A stretch of 64,000 nt of DNA from Kudoa neothunni (taxonomy: Eukaryota > Animalia > Cnidaria), in the NCBI GenBank assembly GCA_964304625.1, contig OZ199839.1, positions 11,946,479 through 12,010,478 on the forward strand, written 5' to 3'. Below the pieces are notes generated by a model, which was not told the DNA's origin, did not search any database, and saw nothing but the letters and a program-made list of their open reading frames with translations. Below, piece after piece: positions 25,799 through 39,611 of the stretch (position 1 is the first letter of the stretch; the number at the start of each line of letters is the position of its first letter). A program made the translations under genes and the position numbers.

Positions 25799-28700
25799 CT
25801 CCCCCAAATTAAGTTCAGAATCCATCAATTTCTAAGGGGTAGAGTTGAGCCAAAGATCTCTTAGATGTCTTTCGGTTACCAAACTTAATCGTCGCCGACC
25901 TTATTTGATTATCATGACCCTTTAGCAACTGTATGACTCTAGCAATTTTCTAGTTAAGCTTTGAGTCCTGGTCATGCACCAGAACGATATCGCCAACTTT
26001 AGGTGTCAGTTCACTAGGCGATTCAGTAATCAACCGGTTGTTGTATCTTTCTTTCAAACTCAATAGGTATTCTCTTCTCCAATGATTATTGAATACTGAA
26101 AGTAATTTTTGACCCTTTTTCCAATGATTGATAATTTGTTCCTTCCTTAGATCCATTTGAAATGTTTCCAAATCATCCTCAGGCTTTAAGGTATAAGGAT
26201 CACGTCGTGGATTCAGTATCAGAAAATCATTAGGTGTGATGGGGCGAATAACGGAATCAGCATCAACATAGGTTAATGGTCGATTATTCACCACATTTTC
26301 CATTTCGAATAAAAATGTCGACAGATGAGATAAGCTAAGTATCTTCTTTTTGGTGGTATATTGAAAACAGTTTTTGACAATTTTGATTAATCTCTCATAT
26401 ACGCCTCCCTTCCAAGGAGCAAACGCTGGTGTGAATTTCCATACTACATCATTATTAGTGAGAAAATCTTTTATTATGGATTCAGCCAGTCCGAATTGTG
26501 TTGCGTTATCCGATAAAATTTCTAGCGGTCTCCCTCTTCGAGCGATAAACCTACGATGACACATCAAGAACTCTTCAGCGGATAAATTGTGAATGATTTC
26601 GAGGTGTATTGCCCTTACAGCTAAACATGTGTAAAGTAAAGGCAGATCCAGACCTTTTCATTATCTGATCCGATCATTACCCCAATTGGGCCAAAATAGT
26701 CCAGGCCAACATGAGTGAATGCAGGAGATACGTTAACTCTAGAGACAGGAAACGGTGGAACATTGTAAGGTTTACTCTTTAGTATTTTGCATTGATGACA
26801 TTTTCTAATGAATTTTTTAACTTGAGATCGCCCTTTAGGTATCCAGTATTGCGATTGAACCACTGAAAGCGTATAAGATACACCACCATGAATCGCTCTA
26901 AGATGAGCATCCATGATAATGAGTTTCGTGTATTTTGTTGGTCTTGGTAACAATTTAGGATTAATTTCATCATATGCAAGTTGGGCAAAATCAAGTCGAC
27001 CAGCACATCTGACTAGATCATTTTTGTCGAAAAAAAGTCGTGGTAAGTTGTTGATTTTCACAGGTTCTCCATTTTTAACTGATTCGTATATATCATGAAG
27101 ATGGCTTTTTTGAATCCACAAGTCCCACATCATTCTAGCTCTTTCTAATTCTCGAGCCGTAAGACATCCATTTATTTTGATGTTTTCTCTAGTGTTATAA
27201 CAAAAACGATTACACCGCGCGGTAACCCGTAGTAGCTTAAGTAGACTAGTAAAATTTTCAATTTCAATAGAGAATGGACTTTGTATTAAGTGATTATTTG
27301 AATCTTGAACAACCAATGTTTTTATTTGCGTAGATTCATGCTTTGCTAATTCGACCAGCGCTTCATTAGGAATATTAAGGTTATCTACAGCATGCATAGA
27401 CTTCCCATAACGATTCATCCGATTGTAGCCAAGTCGGGCCATTCCACCATAAAGAGCTTTCAGACAGTTCAGATACGAGCATTCCTCTTGTAGGTATATC
27501 CGCTGGGTTTTCAGCAGTAGGTACATATTTGATTGTTATATCCAAATTGCATTTGAGTTCATTTATTCTATTTTTGACGAATATCGATAAGTTCTTTTTT
27601 GAATAATACCAATACATAACGCATTTGGAGTCCACAAAGAGCATACATTTTGATATATCAATTAACAATTGGCTCTTAACAAAATGCAAGGAACTGCCAG
27701 CGATAATAGCTCCCATCAATTCGAGATTCGAGTCTTGGTATGGATAGCTTTTTCATTGGAGATATTCTAGCCTTGGCAAAAACTAACTTGGAATACCATG
27801 AACCAGACTTTTTGTAGCAAATGTACACACAGCAGGCATAAGCATTCATGGACGCATCAGAAAAGGAGATTCGTTGAGGTTCCTCAGAACCCTGAATATC
27901 AATGAAGCGTTGAATTTCAAGTTTTTCGATGCCAGTAATATCATTCATTATTTTATCTATTTCACTTTTGGCTTCGTCACCAATATAATCGTCCCAATTT
28001 TTTGATTCCATCCATAAATTCTTCAGAAGTATTTTGCCCTTCAACATCGTTGGACAAAAAAATCCGAGTGGATCGAATACTTTGGATCATTGTTTTTGTC
28101 ACATCTCGTTTGGGACATCGCAGAATTGGTGCCGAAACCTCCAATTCTCAGGCTGTCAGATTTTGTATTCCAGATTAAGCCTAAGACATTTATCTGTGTT
28201 GATTGAAGTTTCTCGTTGGTTGGAAATAATTTGTTAAATTCATTGCAATTCGAGCTCTATTCCAACAGATTCATTGAGCATTTTTTGAAAATACTTATCA
28301 TTTCTTCTCGAGCAGTCATCACTTCCTCAATAGTATCTAATCCAATTATGAAATTGTCCATGTAAACGTTCGATAAAATTTTTCGGCATAGTTTTGAATT
28401 TGAACTTTCCAAGTGATGTTTTATAGTCGAACAAAGAATAAATGGAGATGCCTTTATTCCAAATGGAACTCATTTTAAATCGATATATCAAAACATTGTT
28501 TTTAGAAATGCCATTGTTCAAATTTTTGATACATAAGAATCTCGTCAGGTCTCTATCACTTTCTTGAACACCGATTTGCAGAAAACGCTTTCTCAATATC
28601 GCATAAAACTATAAATCTTTTGAATCGCATACGTAGTAGAATCCCGGTAAGATCATTCAACAGCATAGGTCCATCCAGTAAACAATCATTAAAACTTTTC

Positions 28701-31015
28701 GAAAGCTTATTTGATTTATACTATGCATTAAATACAATGCGACTTTTTGTCATTGGTTTGTTTGTTGGAGTTACCATATGATGAGGTAAGTAGTGACATC
28801 CCTTTAAACTTGGTTGATTTTCGTTGACTATTTCTATTATCTCATTTTCCAGTTGATCACAGATTATATCACAATAAATTTTATATAATTCTTCAGAATT
28901 CAATAGTTTCTTCGTTAAATTTGCTAATTGAGCCGGGCAGTTGAAATAATTATGTGGCAATTTTGAAATATCAGCATTAAATGGCCATTTGATATGATAT
29001 CGATTATTTTTGGAATTTTAATGTACTTTTAAAATGTTTAATAGAAATCGTATGTTCTTCGTCAAGTGGGTCATCCGTTATACCGATCGAGTCCAATTTC
29101 CAAAGTTTTGAAACCTCTGTTTGGAAAGGTTCCACGCTGCTTACATCTGTTATAGGAGAAAGGTTTTTGTCGAGAGGATAATCACAGAAGAATACACAAG
29201 ATGGATCATCGTGTACACTCACAACCATGTTCCCAGTTGGTATAATGCCAAAAATTGTTTTTATTAGATTGATAGGTCCAGTAGATGGATCAAGCTTAGA
29301 AACGAAGATTCTCCAGAAGTAGTTAGATCCAACTAGCAAGTCTATTCAAGCATTAGAATAGGGTGAGATTCCATCGGCGAATTTCTCCGTGCACGATATA
29401 TTTTTGACAATATTATCAAGTAAGGGGACTTGAATTTTTGAGGAAATCATCGGGACAGTTCTAACCATTAATTTAAATATCTTTTCATTAGGTTTGTTAA
29501 TGCAAATCCATGCAGTTGAAGAATTCAAAGATCTAGGTGAGGAGGATCCGAAAGTTGAGACCGTGACTTTTCCTTTTGATATGGGTTTTAGTTCCAGTTT
29601 TTTAAATATCTTCTCTCACGTAACTAGAAGCACTACCAGTATCTAAAATAATGTTAGCATCAGCAACATGATGGGTATCGTATGGACTGACAAGTGTCGC
29701 TCTAAATGTGGGAATGAGTGCAGAGTTGATTTCTTGGTTAGGTCCAGAAGAATATAATTGAACGTTACAATTATCGTTCATTGAATTACCAATATCGCAA
29801 GGTTGAATATCCTCAGAGTCATTTTTTTGAGCTATAAGAACCTTCTCTGAATGAGTTTGGAATTTTTTCGGGCAAAGGCTACGATGATGATTCAATGATT
29901 GACAATGATAACACGCGTTATTATGATAGCAATTTCTTGACTTGTGAAATTTCAGGCATTTGATACATTTTTCTCCAAGTTTTTTAGATCTCTCCTTTGT
30001 TGAGATATACTTTCTGCAATCATCACTGTAATGATGGCCATTGCAGAAAGCACATTTCAAGCCTTTTGGTAACCGGCTGATGAAATTAGAGTTTGTTAAC
30101 GTTTTATTAAAGGGTTTGAATGAAGTCACATTGGTTGTTTCCAAGAGTTCAAGAGACCAATTGTTATTCACTTTGGATTCTTCCAATTTCAATCGAAAGA
30201 ATTTCGACAGTTTTGATAGCTGGAACGGAATCATGTATGTTTCCGACATAGACAGATCTAGCAATTTAATTCTTTTTACAGACGTAAAAATGAAATAAAA
30301 TACACGACGCAGATCCGTAGTGGAGTTGGAAATAATATTCATATTCCCTAATTTTTCATACAAATTTCTGACTAGGTCTCCTTTTTATCATATCTCTTCT
30401 GAAGGATCTCCACTGCGGTTATGTAATCCATGTGTTTCCGCGGGCATATCATTCAGCATTTTCTTTGGTTCGCCGAATAAGGTAGACTTCAGGTACAATA
30501 ATTTGGTGTAATCTCTCAAATTATTGTCATTTCCAATTAAGGATTGGAAATTCTCCCAATATTAAGGCCACCTTTCCAACGAACCACCAAAGTTCTCGAG
30601 TTTGATTGGCGGAAGACGTACGTTAGAGTTGCAGGTTCTGGTAGAGGTTAGAACCTCATTTTGCTCTAAGCTATATTGTTCGGCTTTGTTGTAAACAGAC
30701 TTATAATAGATTTCTTGATCATTTGATATGATTTCTTCGGCATCTTTTAACAGAAGTTCGACGTCCACAATAATGTTACTACAATCGGTGAAATCGTTTG
30801 TATTTCCACCATTAACGAAGTTTATGACGTATTCCTTATACAGATTCAGAAGACATGCAAGTTTTTTCTTAGTTTTACAGAGTTCAGCAATGTCTATATT
30901 TCCGTCCAGTCCATGTGAGACTGGAGCTGCTTCGATAACAAGTTAATTTTCGTCTCAATCGCAGACAGCAGCGTTATTACAGAATTTCCGAGTGTATTGT
31001 CCGCATCGGGTGCCA

Positions 31016-31145
31016 TGTTATTAATTTAATGTAACGCTGTAGAAAAACACACTGTTCATGATGATAACAGATAAAATGCCGCTTAGATGGATTATCCATT
31101 GTTTATTATATTGCAATGTTAAATAACATATGCAAATCCGTCACA
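31016..31145 (-). repeat. BEL/Pao 5' LTR
   Basis: TG...CA, 130 bp, adjacent to the PBS. Confidence 0.95.
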
Positions 31146-31441
31146 CTTGGTGTGTATAGGCAAAATATGGTTGACTCTATAAAAAATTAGGGATGCGATC
31201 GAATGATATAGTTTACTTGCCAACAACTTATTCATAAACAAATGTTTAGAGGGAGACAAGAAGAAATTTCCATTGCATAATATTAGAGTGTCAGACGCAG
31301 AACATCAATATTAAAGTGATTGGGGGTGGAAGATTTTAGGCGAAATAATAAAGAATTAATTCAATTAATCGATTGATAAAAAATTATGGAGTCATGAGAT
31401 GCAAACGTTATTTAAACTTTCAACGTACTTTATTAAATTTA

Positions 31442-32235
31442 ATATATATATATATAAAGTAGTAGTGTCTGTGTGTGCATTAATCTTCTCTTCATACAGA
31501 GACTTTTTAGACTATTTGAGTTTCTTAGTATACTTTAAAAAAATACCAAGAGGTTGCCTACTTTCTTATAAAGTGGTTAATTTGTAGTGTAAACTTTTTT
31601 CAAACAGATTAGCGCTGATGACAATGAGATTACCACTGCACATGATACGCTATAATGTTCAATGATATTCGTAGATAACTCTAATTTTCTGTATTTATAT
31701 ACAACTGAAACTTTGAAAGTTTACTCTTTTCTACTTTTGAACGTACTTAAGACGAATTACAACATTTGTTCGTGCGTGGGCGGGGTTTCTGTGCAAACAA
31801 AGATTTGTTGCTTAAACGGGAAATTAATAAATCAATACGCTTGAATATATTATTCACTTTGCACGTTTAGTTAAAGATAAAAAGTTATATTTTTTTAAAT
31901 AAACATAAAATTATGTTAGAACGTTATGATTAAGTAAAACATTGTTAACAAACTTTTAGATTAGTTAGTTCATCGGTTCATCGACGGGTTGGGTAAAACG
32001 ATTAATACGCCTCATGATTTGTAAGAACTTATGATTTCTAAATGAAAATAAAGTCTGATGACGAAGAAAGTGATGATGATCGGGTCATTGCTGTTTATTT
32101 CGATTATGGCTGTTCTAGAAAGGTCGATAAGATAATTATAATTGACTTTGAACTTAAAATGACCTTCGCCCGCTCACGGCTTTTATCAGGGTGGCCGGGC
32201 AAGGAAACCAAAGCGAAGCGGGGTTTTTGCGCTAG
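31442..32235 (+). mobile_element. Non-autonomous Helitron with a family-A 3' end
   Basis: (TA)n AAAG..TGTCTGTGTGTG 5' signature. 3' end GGCAAGGAAACCAAAGCGAAGCGGGGTTTTTGCGCTAG|T. Confidence 0.7.
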
Positions 32236-33333
32236 TATGTATATATATAAAGGAGGACTGTCGGTATGTTTGTGTGTGTATGCCCCTAAGTACGCAAGTG
32301 CGGATAACTTTTTCCCTAAAGAGATAGTCATATATAAAATTTTTATAAATTTGTGATATTTAAAAAATCGTTTAATTGTTGTTGGACTACTAAAGTTTCC
32401 AAAAGGTATTTATGAAATAGTGATTTTGTCGATTTAAAGTTGTTTATCGTATTACATGAGTTCAACTATAGGATTATCGTTTGCTTACGTTATGGTGATG
32501 GTCGGTTGAAGTTAACTATCTCCCTTATATACTCTATCATATGTTAATTGAATGATGCCATCTGTCTTTACATATAAGATTTATGCGTTTATTTTATTGT
32601 TTGCACAAATAAATTCCTTATATCGGGAGTTTTAATGTAATTGACTTGATAAGCACATTCTGAAGGCTCTATCAATGGATTTAGATATGAAAAAATGTCA
32701 ATATTTGCATTATTATTTAGTTGGTTATATGTGTTATAATCAGATAGATTGAAGCACTATAACGCAAGTGTTGTGTCCGTAGATTTCATTGAAACCGTCC
32801 GTTATGTTGAACTTTCAGTGATTCAATTAAGTGCAGATGGTTATTTCATCCGATTATTTTAATTATTTGTTATAAAAAGCGCATTAGAATTTTTGCGGAA
32901 CAAAGGATATTAATTTTAGCAATATCAATTAATTTTCATACGTTTTCTTCTATCTCTATTACTTTCTCCATTTTTTTATCTCTTAAAAAGTTAATGGTAC
33001 ACGCAGTTATCGAACGGGCCACAATTCAACTTTTAAAAATCCTCCGGCCAAAAAATAACGTTTTACATAACCTTAAACGGGATTTAAACAATTCAGGAAT
33101 GAAAAAAATACGATGCTGACCTTAACTTATTTAGCGTTAGTGCCGAGCCACGAAATCTTAAATGAACATAATTTAAACTTCATAATCAAAATCGTTAAAG
33201 TATATTGCTTAAATTTTTTTATTTATTTTGCATCTATGGGTTAATTTTAGGTTTTAATATATTTTTCGAATATTGTTAAGAAACGCGTATCTATGCGAAA
33301 TCTTCCCCAAGCAACGCTGGGCAGTTTCGCTAG
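32236..33333 (+). mobile_element. Non-autonomous Helitron (family B)
   Basis: TATATATAAAG...TGTGTGTG 5' signature, then hairpin CCCAAGCAACGCTGGG and CTAG|T at 33333. Homologous to 1800-2405. Confidence 0.75.
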
Positions 33334-33380
33334 TTAATAGTTAATTTCTACATTTATTATCAAAAAAACGCTTATTATAG

Positions 33381-33381
<1 letters not shown>

Positions 33382-33407
<26 letters not shown>
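33382..33407. repeat. (TA)n microsatellite (others at ~2406, 35453, 37212, 39339, 39499)
   Basis: Read directly from the sequence. Confidence 0.9.
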
Positions 33408-33411
<4 letters not shown>

Positions 33412-33704
33412 ATTTAATGTAATTTAATAAGTATAAAAATACTGGAGATAATTTATTTTATTTTATAAATTTTTGTACTTGTTTTTTATTTTTTAAAAGA
33501 AAATTTTTTGTCCACTAAAATTGTTTCAATTTATTTTGTAAAGTTAGGTTATTTTTAATTTTTAGGTTTTATATTGTTCAGTGTGTTGAACAAATTAATA
33601 TTTATTTATCTCCCATATAAGAAATTAATTTGTCTGTAATAATATCAATAATACAAAAATACACAAAATCTATATTATGAATAACATGCCTGTTAATTAT
33701 TATA

Positions 33705-35602
33705 TAGGGTTTCTCAATTGAACTCGGCGCCATTTTGGTTCCAACAATAGTTCATATTTGAACATTAATGATATTTTTAGTAAACGTTTATTAGTTATTC
33801 CCGTAAAAAAAAATAAATAAATATCAATGGAAAACACACAATATATTACATGTTAAAAACAAGCTTAATTCGATTTCCCCAACAAATTTTTGTGTAACCT
33901 TTAATAGGTACCATATAATAATTCCTCTTTAAAATTTATTTTTAAGAAAATTATATCATAGAAAGAACCAATGTAATATCAACCTTAGACTCAGGAACAA
34001 AAGACCTCGTATAATAAATACGATCAAAAGATCGAGGCAGCGCATTAAAAATATGGTAAACTGAATATGTTTCTTTCGTATCTCAGATAATGGTCTTATC
34101 ATCAGAATTCTCTAATTCTGTCAACCACGTGTGACGTTTTCTGACCGAACTCATTGGTTACTAAAATTGCGTTGTCGCAAAGAAATTTCATAGTGCAATG
34201 AATCCAGAAGAGAGAAATAACAATTTAATTGAATCTGATGGTTCTATTTCCGATGACAATGAATTTCTAATTATTTTGGAGCCTAAGAAACGAGTTCAAC
34301 GGAAAACAATATCGTCTGAACTGAGAAAGCAAATGTTCAACTTTTTTGAAAAGGGGAGGAGTGATACCTATATTGCATCGGAGATGCGTCTGCCTGGGTC
34401 TACTGTCTGGTCTATTTTATCCAAATTCAGGATGAGTAGAACTCTTGAACCGAAACCTAGAGGCGGAAATAGACGACCTGTTCTTTCTCCCGAACAGAAG
34501 GAAAAAATAAAGTCCATGAGGATTTTGGAATTGTTGTGTCGCTTAGTACAATCGACAGGGTGATTGGACAATTTCACTATACTCTAAAAAACTTAGTGAG
34601 AATGCCGGAGAGAAGAAACTGCGAAACCACCATTCAAAAAAGAAAGGAATATGCAGAAATGTTCAGGGAGTTGGAAACGACGGTGACTCATGAGAGTATT
34701 GTTTTCCTCGATGAAGTAGGGTTCTCTGTTGTGACGCGACCTAAAAGAGATAGATCGTTAAAAGGAACGTCAGCCTATTGCTTTGTTTCGCTACTAGAAG
34801 TAGGAATATTTCTGTTGTCGCAGCTGTAAATAAAAATAGAATAATTTACAGCAAAATACACGACAAGGCGGTTACAGGGGAGGACTTTAAGAATTCCTGT
34901 ATAACGAAAGGTGTGCATCAATCGATTTTCGTAAAGGATAATGCCAAAATTCATCATTACACGGGATTAAAAGATTTGGTTGTTAGAGAAAATATCCCAA
35001 TAAGGTATTTACCACCTTATAACCATTTTCTTAATCCCATAGAAAATGTCTTCTCTGTTTGGATAAACCTGGTCATCCGTAGGCAATCCAAAAATGAAAA
35101 TGAATTAAGAGTGGCCATTAAAGATTGCTTTAAAGAAATTACTCTACAACAATGCGATGGATTCTACCGCAAAATGTTAGGATACATTACCAGGTCATCT
35201 CATGGAGAAATTATCTTAGAATAAAAAATATATAAATATTGGATTTAAAGTTTTGTTGTTTCTATTTATGTAAGAAATTTAGTAACACTATTTAACACCA
35301 AACTTAATATGGATATACGCTCTAATCTTTAATAATATTTAAAAATATGTTTAAAAGAAAAATAATTATTTAAATTGCAAAACATTAACTTTAAAACACA
35401 ATGATTCGAGTATGTAGAGTAGTGTCATCATAATTGTAAGTTACGAGATATGTATATATATATATATATATATTTTTTTTCTTTTAATTATTCATTTTTA
35501 AAAATTAAATTTATAGTTACATCTAAGTGATTTAAACGTCTAAATATGAATTATTGTTGGAACCAAAATGAAAATGGTGCCGAGTTCAATTGAGAAACCC
35601 TA
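33705..35602 (+). mobile_element. Tc1/IS630-like DD34E DNA transposon
   Basis: ~60-bp TIRs (TA)GGGTTTCTCAATTGAACTCGGC..., with TA at both ends and a transposase inside. Confidence 0.95.
34198..35224 (+). pseudogene. DD34E transposase, frameshifted
   Basis: HTH region with PRGGNR, then FLDEVGF, KDNAKIH and YLPPYNHFLNPIE (34 residues between D and E). Split over ORFs 34198-34563, 34536-34829 and 34778-35224. Confidence 0.92.
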
Positions 35603-36479
35603 CAAGTTTATATGTAATTATGCTAGATTTATATATTATGCAATAGCAAGGATTTAATTCAATTTATAGTGATATTCGATAAACTTATTAATGTAACTAA
35701 TATTAAATCGCATGTTACATCTACTAATTATATTAAAGAGAAATATACATGTTTTGGATATTGTGAATTACACAGGCGTGAAGAAATTTTAATATTATAA
35801 TACATGTATGTAAAATGTTGGCTTAAAATTATAAAAAAAATTATTAGAATAAAATTGAAAAAACATGGATTAATTATATTTTAATAATTTAATTGTAAAC
35901 AAAATCATGCGACATTATTCAGTGGATGACACTTAATAATGTCTGCAGCTAGAATTTGGAATAATTGATTTCATAAATTACCTTTCTTATATAATAACTT
36001 TTTCAAGCAAAAAATTATTTTTCCAAAATATATTTTTTATCTTATACTAGTAGGTTAGAGGTAACGTGAAATAATTAATTGATGATGAATATGCTTACTT
36101 AAAGACGTAAAAACCGTATATTTTCTGTCTATTCTAATTACAGACTTAGTCAAATCTAAACCTTTCTCAGTTAAATTTTTATTTGACCCAACTTAATTAA
36201 ACGCTTTAAGTTTCAAACAAGCTAAAATTGAACAATTGGAATATGCTAACTTTTAATATTATATTTTTTTGTTAAATATTGAAATGTTTCTTTAACTTAA
36301 TCATAAAATATTTCAAAATATCAAAATTTAGTGAATATGATAATTGATACCATTAAGATCACTTAACGTTGTGTCTTTTATAGAGCTAAATATTCTCGAA
36401 ACATCACGCAAATTTATGAGAAGACAATAACTATTAATTAAAATTATATATGCTTTTAATTTGTCTAATTAATTTGGTT

Positions 36480-37190
36480 GCGAGTTTGTCTTGGCCGACT
36501 CTTCGAAAGCATCATTCAGATATATATGTAGAAATAATATTTTATTGTTGGTGATGCTTCTATACTTCCGTTTGAAGACACTCCATGTACCTTCAATCCG
36601 GTCAGTGTGTACAACTGTCGAGGAGACAAATTCATTGTCGTGAATAACGGTCTCATGAAGATACCCAAGTTTGTGTAATCATGCGTAACCACGCCATCCA
36701 CCGGAATGACTTATGGACCATTTTTTAACATGATTGGTGATGATATTTTCTAATGTAGCATAATCCCTTTTTTTAGTCTCTACCATAAAAACATTTCCAT
36801 TTTTATCAATGTCATCTACAATCCAGACACTTTGGTTTTATAGAATTCTGCCAACGCCGAATTTCCTTTTACAAATGAGGCTTTCATCGATCTGAATTTT
36901 AATTCCAGGACCTCCAATTTTGATCGGGTTTTCCAAAAAATAAGAGAGGCACACGTCTCTTAGAAAATTTTTCCAATCGACTACTGTATTGGCAGACCCA
37001 ATGTCACATTGTCTCATACGTCATTCTTGGGTCGTTACACCTCTACACCTCTACTCCACAAATATATAAATTTTATGAGGGAATATAAAAAGAGGTGCGA
37101 ATTCGAAAAAATTGACTCAGCTCTTAATGGGGATTCTCGGTGGCAATTTTTCCTCTTGCAAAGGAAGCTATATCCATCCAAAGAGGATTT
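36480..37190 (-). mobile_element. Merlin (IS1595-like) transposase remnant, different subfamily, 5' truncated
   Basis: Motifs IGGPGIKIQIDESLICKRK, KRDYATLENIITNHV and HETVIHDNEFVSSTVVHTDRIEGTWSVFKR. Confidence 0.85.
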
Positions 37191-37202
37191 CCTTAGATAT
37201 AA

Positions 37203-37208
37203 TCTATC

Positions 37209-37245
<37 letters not shown>

Positions 37246-37330
37246 GCTCTTATGTCTGTCAGTGTGTGTGTTTGCAGCAGTTCGCATGTGCAATGGACAA
37301 ACTTTCCTTAAATACAGCTTTTAGTATACA
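37203..37330 (+). mobile_element. 5' end of a non-autonomous Helitron-like element with a (TA)n tract
   Basis: A|TCTATC..(TA)n..TGTCTGTCAGTGTGTGTG, like the starts at 1306, 31442 and 32236. The 3' end is not located. Confidence 0.45.
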
Positions 37331-38810
37331 TTTGAATAGATGATACCATTAATAAAAATCTTTCATTTACTTAGAAGTATAAATATAATCAATACTGCAG
37401 TTAGATGTAAGGTATTTTCCGGTTGTCTACTCAAATAGCAGATAAAAAATACCTGTATAGTATTTAATAGTTGTTTGCTTCATAGTGATACTCGATTAGA
37501 ATGAACATTTTACTCATTGTATAGAAAAAGAGTCTCTTGATTATGATGTAGGATGTTCTAAAATTTTTACATATGTCTGTTAGGAGTTACTCTAAGACAA
37601 ATAAAACTATTAACGTCACATTTACAAGAGATATTGCATATCCCTTAAAATTTTAAACATAAATAAGTTATTTGGGATGTGTTTTCTCTTTTCAAACGTT
37701 ATGGGTATAGTTAAGCAAAATAGATTATGATCATTTTAAATAAAACACATAATTAGAGATTATAAGTTGTTGTCATGTTGGAATAATTTGGGTCTCTATA
37801 CGAATTCTAAAAACTATGTAGGATGTGCGTAGAGTTTTCAAATAATTAAATTTTTGTGATAACATCAATGGAAATTATGCTCCATTGGAATTGCTGAGAT
37901 GTAAATATTTCTTTTTACCAAATATGTCGATTGAGATTGAAACTCTATTCGTCTTTTTGATAAGTGTTTATTCATTTTTTGGGTTTTCCATGCGCTTAAG
38001 ATAGTTTTGATCTCTCCACAACTATTTAACTATCATCATTTAATGAAACTAAATTTTTACTTCGGTGGCACAAATTCCATATCTTATAATAAGTATTTTA
38101 AGGTTTTATAGTTGTAAACTAATAATTGATATTTACCAATTAATACAAGAAATACAAGTAAAACCTTTGGCATATTAACTTTGCTCATTATTTATGGATT
38201 AATTTTTGTTTTACTTTTTATCAAGTGTATTACCAAATATACGCCTATTATTGATTAATGTCAGTAATATAATAAAATTATAATTTTCTAAAATCACTTT
38301 AAAAAGTATGATAAATTTTTCGAATTCATGTAAAACTTAAATATTTAAAATATAAGATATAACAGAGAACGTAAAGTTTTAATCCAAAAAATCAGGGGGA
38401 TGCTCGTAGAATGAAATCAGAACTCCCATTAGAACAGATTAAAATTATATTCTAAAATAAGTCAAATATTTATTATTTACTGTAATAAATTGCTAATGTT
38501 TAATTTATAAATTATTTCAATTTTAATAAACAAAAAAATTTGTTTAAATAAAGAGAGAAATAATAATGAACCACATTGTGGCCAGTTATAATAAATTTGT
38601 TCATGAAAAAAATTTTATAATAAAAATTTAGCTATTGATTTTAATTAAATTTATCATATGACAGCAGTATTAATAGTAATTCTAATAAGAGTTTTTTAAT
38701 GTGTAATTACTAAAAACAATTTAAAAGATAAATTTAATCAATCGATTGAAATATTATATATCACGAAAATATTTTTCATCAAAATATATAATCCTTTGTC
38801 ATTCAATTAA

Positions 38811-39000
38811 GGCGTGGAAGCACGGATTGAGTCATCCCATTACAAAAGTACGTATAGTGAGTATATTGGAAATAAAATTTAAATGAGGAAATCTGTGATT
38901 ATTAATCAGTATAATTACAGTGGGATACCTATTCGGAATAATCCCTTCTGAACCATTAAAAAGTGTGTAAAATTTGTTCCATTTTTTTCATACTTTTTGC
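38811..39000. ncRNA. Candidate structured non-coding RNA of unknown class
   Basis: Run of adjacent hairpins: CGTG-GAAG-CACG, CTGTGATTAT/ATAATTACAG, GGGAT..TATTC/GAATAATCCC and AAAAAGTGTG/CATACTTTTT. Locally higher GC. No family recognised. Confidence 0.3.
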
Positions 39001-39611
39001 GCATGCACATTATAATTATGTATATCATTTTTGGAATTTTTTAAAACAAATTATTGTCCATTTTATCGAAAATTTTCTGTTAAATAAAAGTTCTATAACA
39101 GGAAGAAACCAAATGATACTGTAGTTTAAATGTTTGAACAAATCCATTATTTTGGATTGGCTAATATTTGGATTCATTATAACATGTAGATAAAAAGTCT
39201 TAAAAAAATGGAAAACAAACTCTAAATTTTTCATCTAGTGGTGAAATTTGGATCTTTTTTTTTTTTTTGAAATTGTCATTTAGGGTAGTTATATGTTAAT
39301 GCTGAAATGTTTTAACATTTATACCTTTGCTTGTAGGCATATATATATATATATATATATAATTTTTTGAGAATAATTGTATATTAGAACTACGGATTGG
39401 TCCCAAAAATTGTATTAAATTGGAAAATCACGTGATTTCTAGTATATATTTTACATCATATACAGTCAATTATTTTAACTAAATTACCGTTGAGTTGAAT
39501 ATATATATATATATGTTTGCATAAACCTTAGAATTACTTAAAATTATAATCAAACAAATTTTATAAAAAATGTGCAATATCGGTTACCAACTGTATTTAA
39601 TATTTAAATTA

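Larger units (their letters stand above)
25669..31145 (-). mobile_element. Full-length BEL/Pao LTR retrotransposon (frameshifted)
   Basis: 130-bp LTRs at 25669-25798 and 31016-31145 with 4 transitions; perfect TSD CTTGG; PBS TGGCACCCGATGCGG; PPT TTTGGGGGAG. Three gag Cys-His knuckles (CAFCNGHHYSDDC, CIKCLKFHKSRNC, CYHCQSLNHHRSLC), protease ILDTGS, RT VYMDN, RNase H FSDAS, integrase GLDYFGP / SDNATQF / GGVYERL. Confidence 0.97.
19356..31441 (-). mobile_element. Autonomous RepHel Helitron (copy 2), degenerate, containing a nested BEL/Pao element and a solo LTR
   Basis: Rep motifs LFITFTCN (~23680), YSIE*QKRGLPHAHIL (~23490, HUH) and KYICKYVNKG (~23080). PIF1-like helicase motifs GIAATLL, IIWDECT, FGGITMILSGDF and FSHEQLYVANSRV (~20930). 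3' hairpin at ~19493-19508 plus a family-A terminus at 19356-19480. The 5' noncoding region 31150-31440 matches ~3240-3600. Confidence 0.93.

Noticed and set aside
6249-37190. Bacterial IS1595 or IS630 elements implying contamination or a prokaryotic origin
   Set aside because: They are interleaved with LTR retrotransposons, Helitrons and intron-rich genes, so they are best explained as eukaryotic Merlin and Tc1-like relatives.
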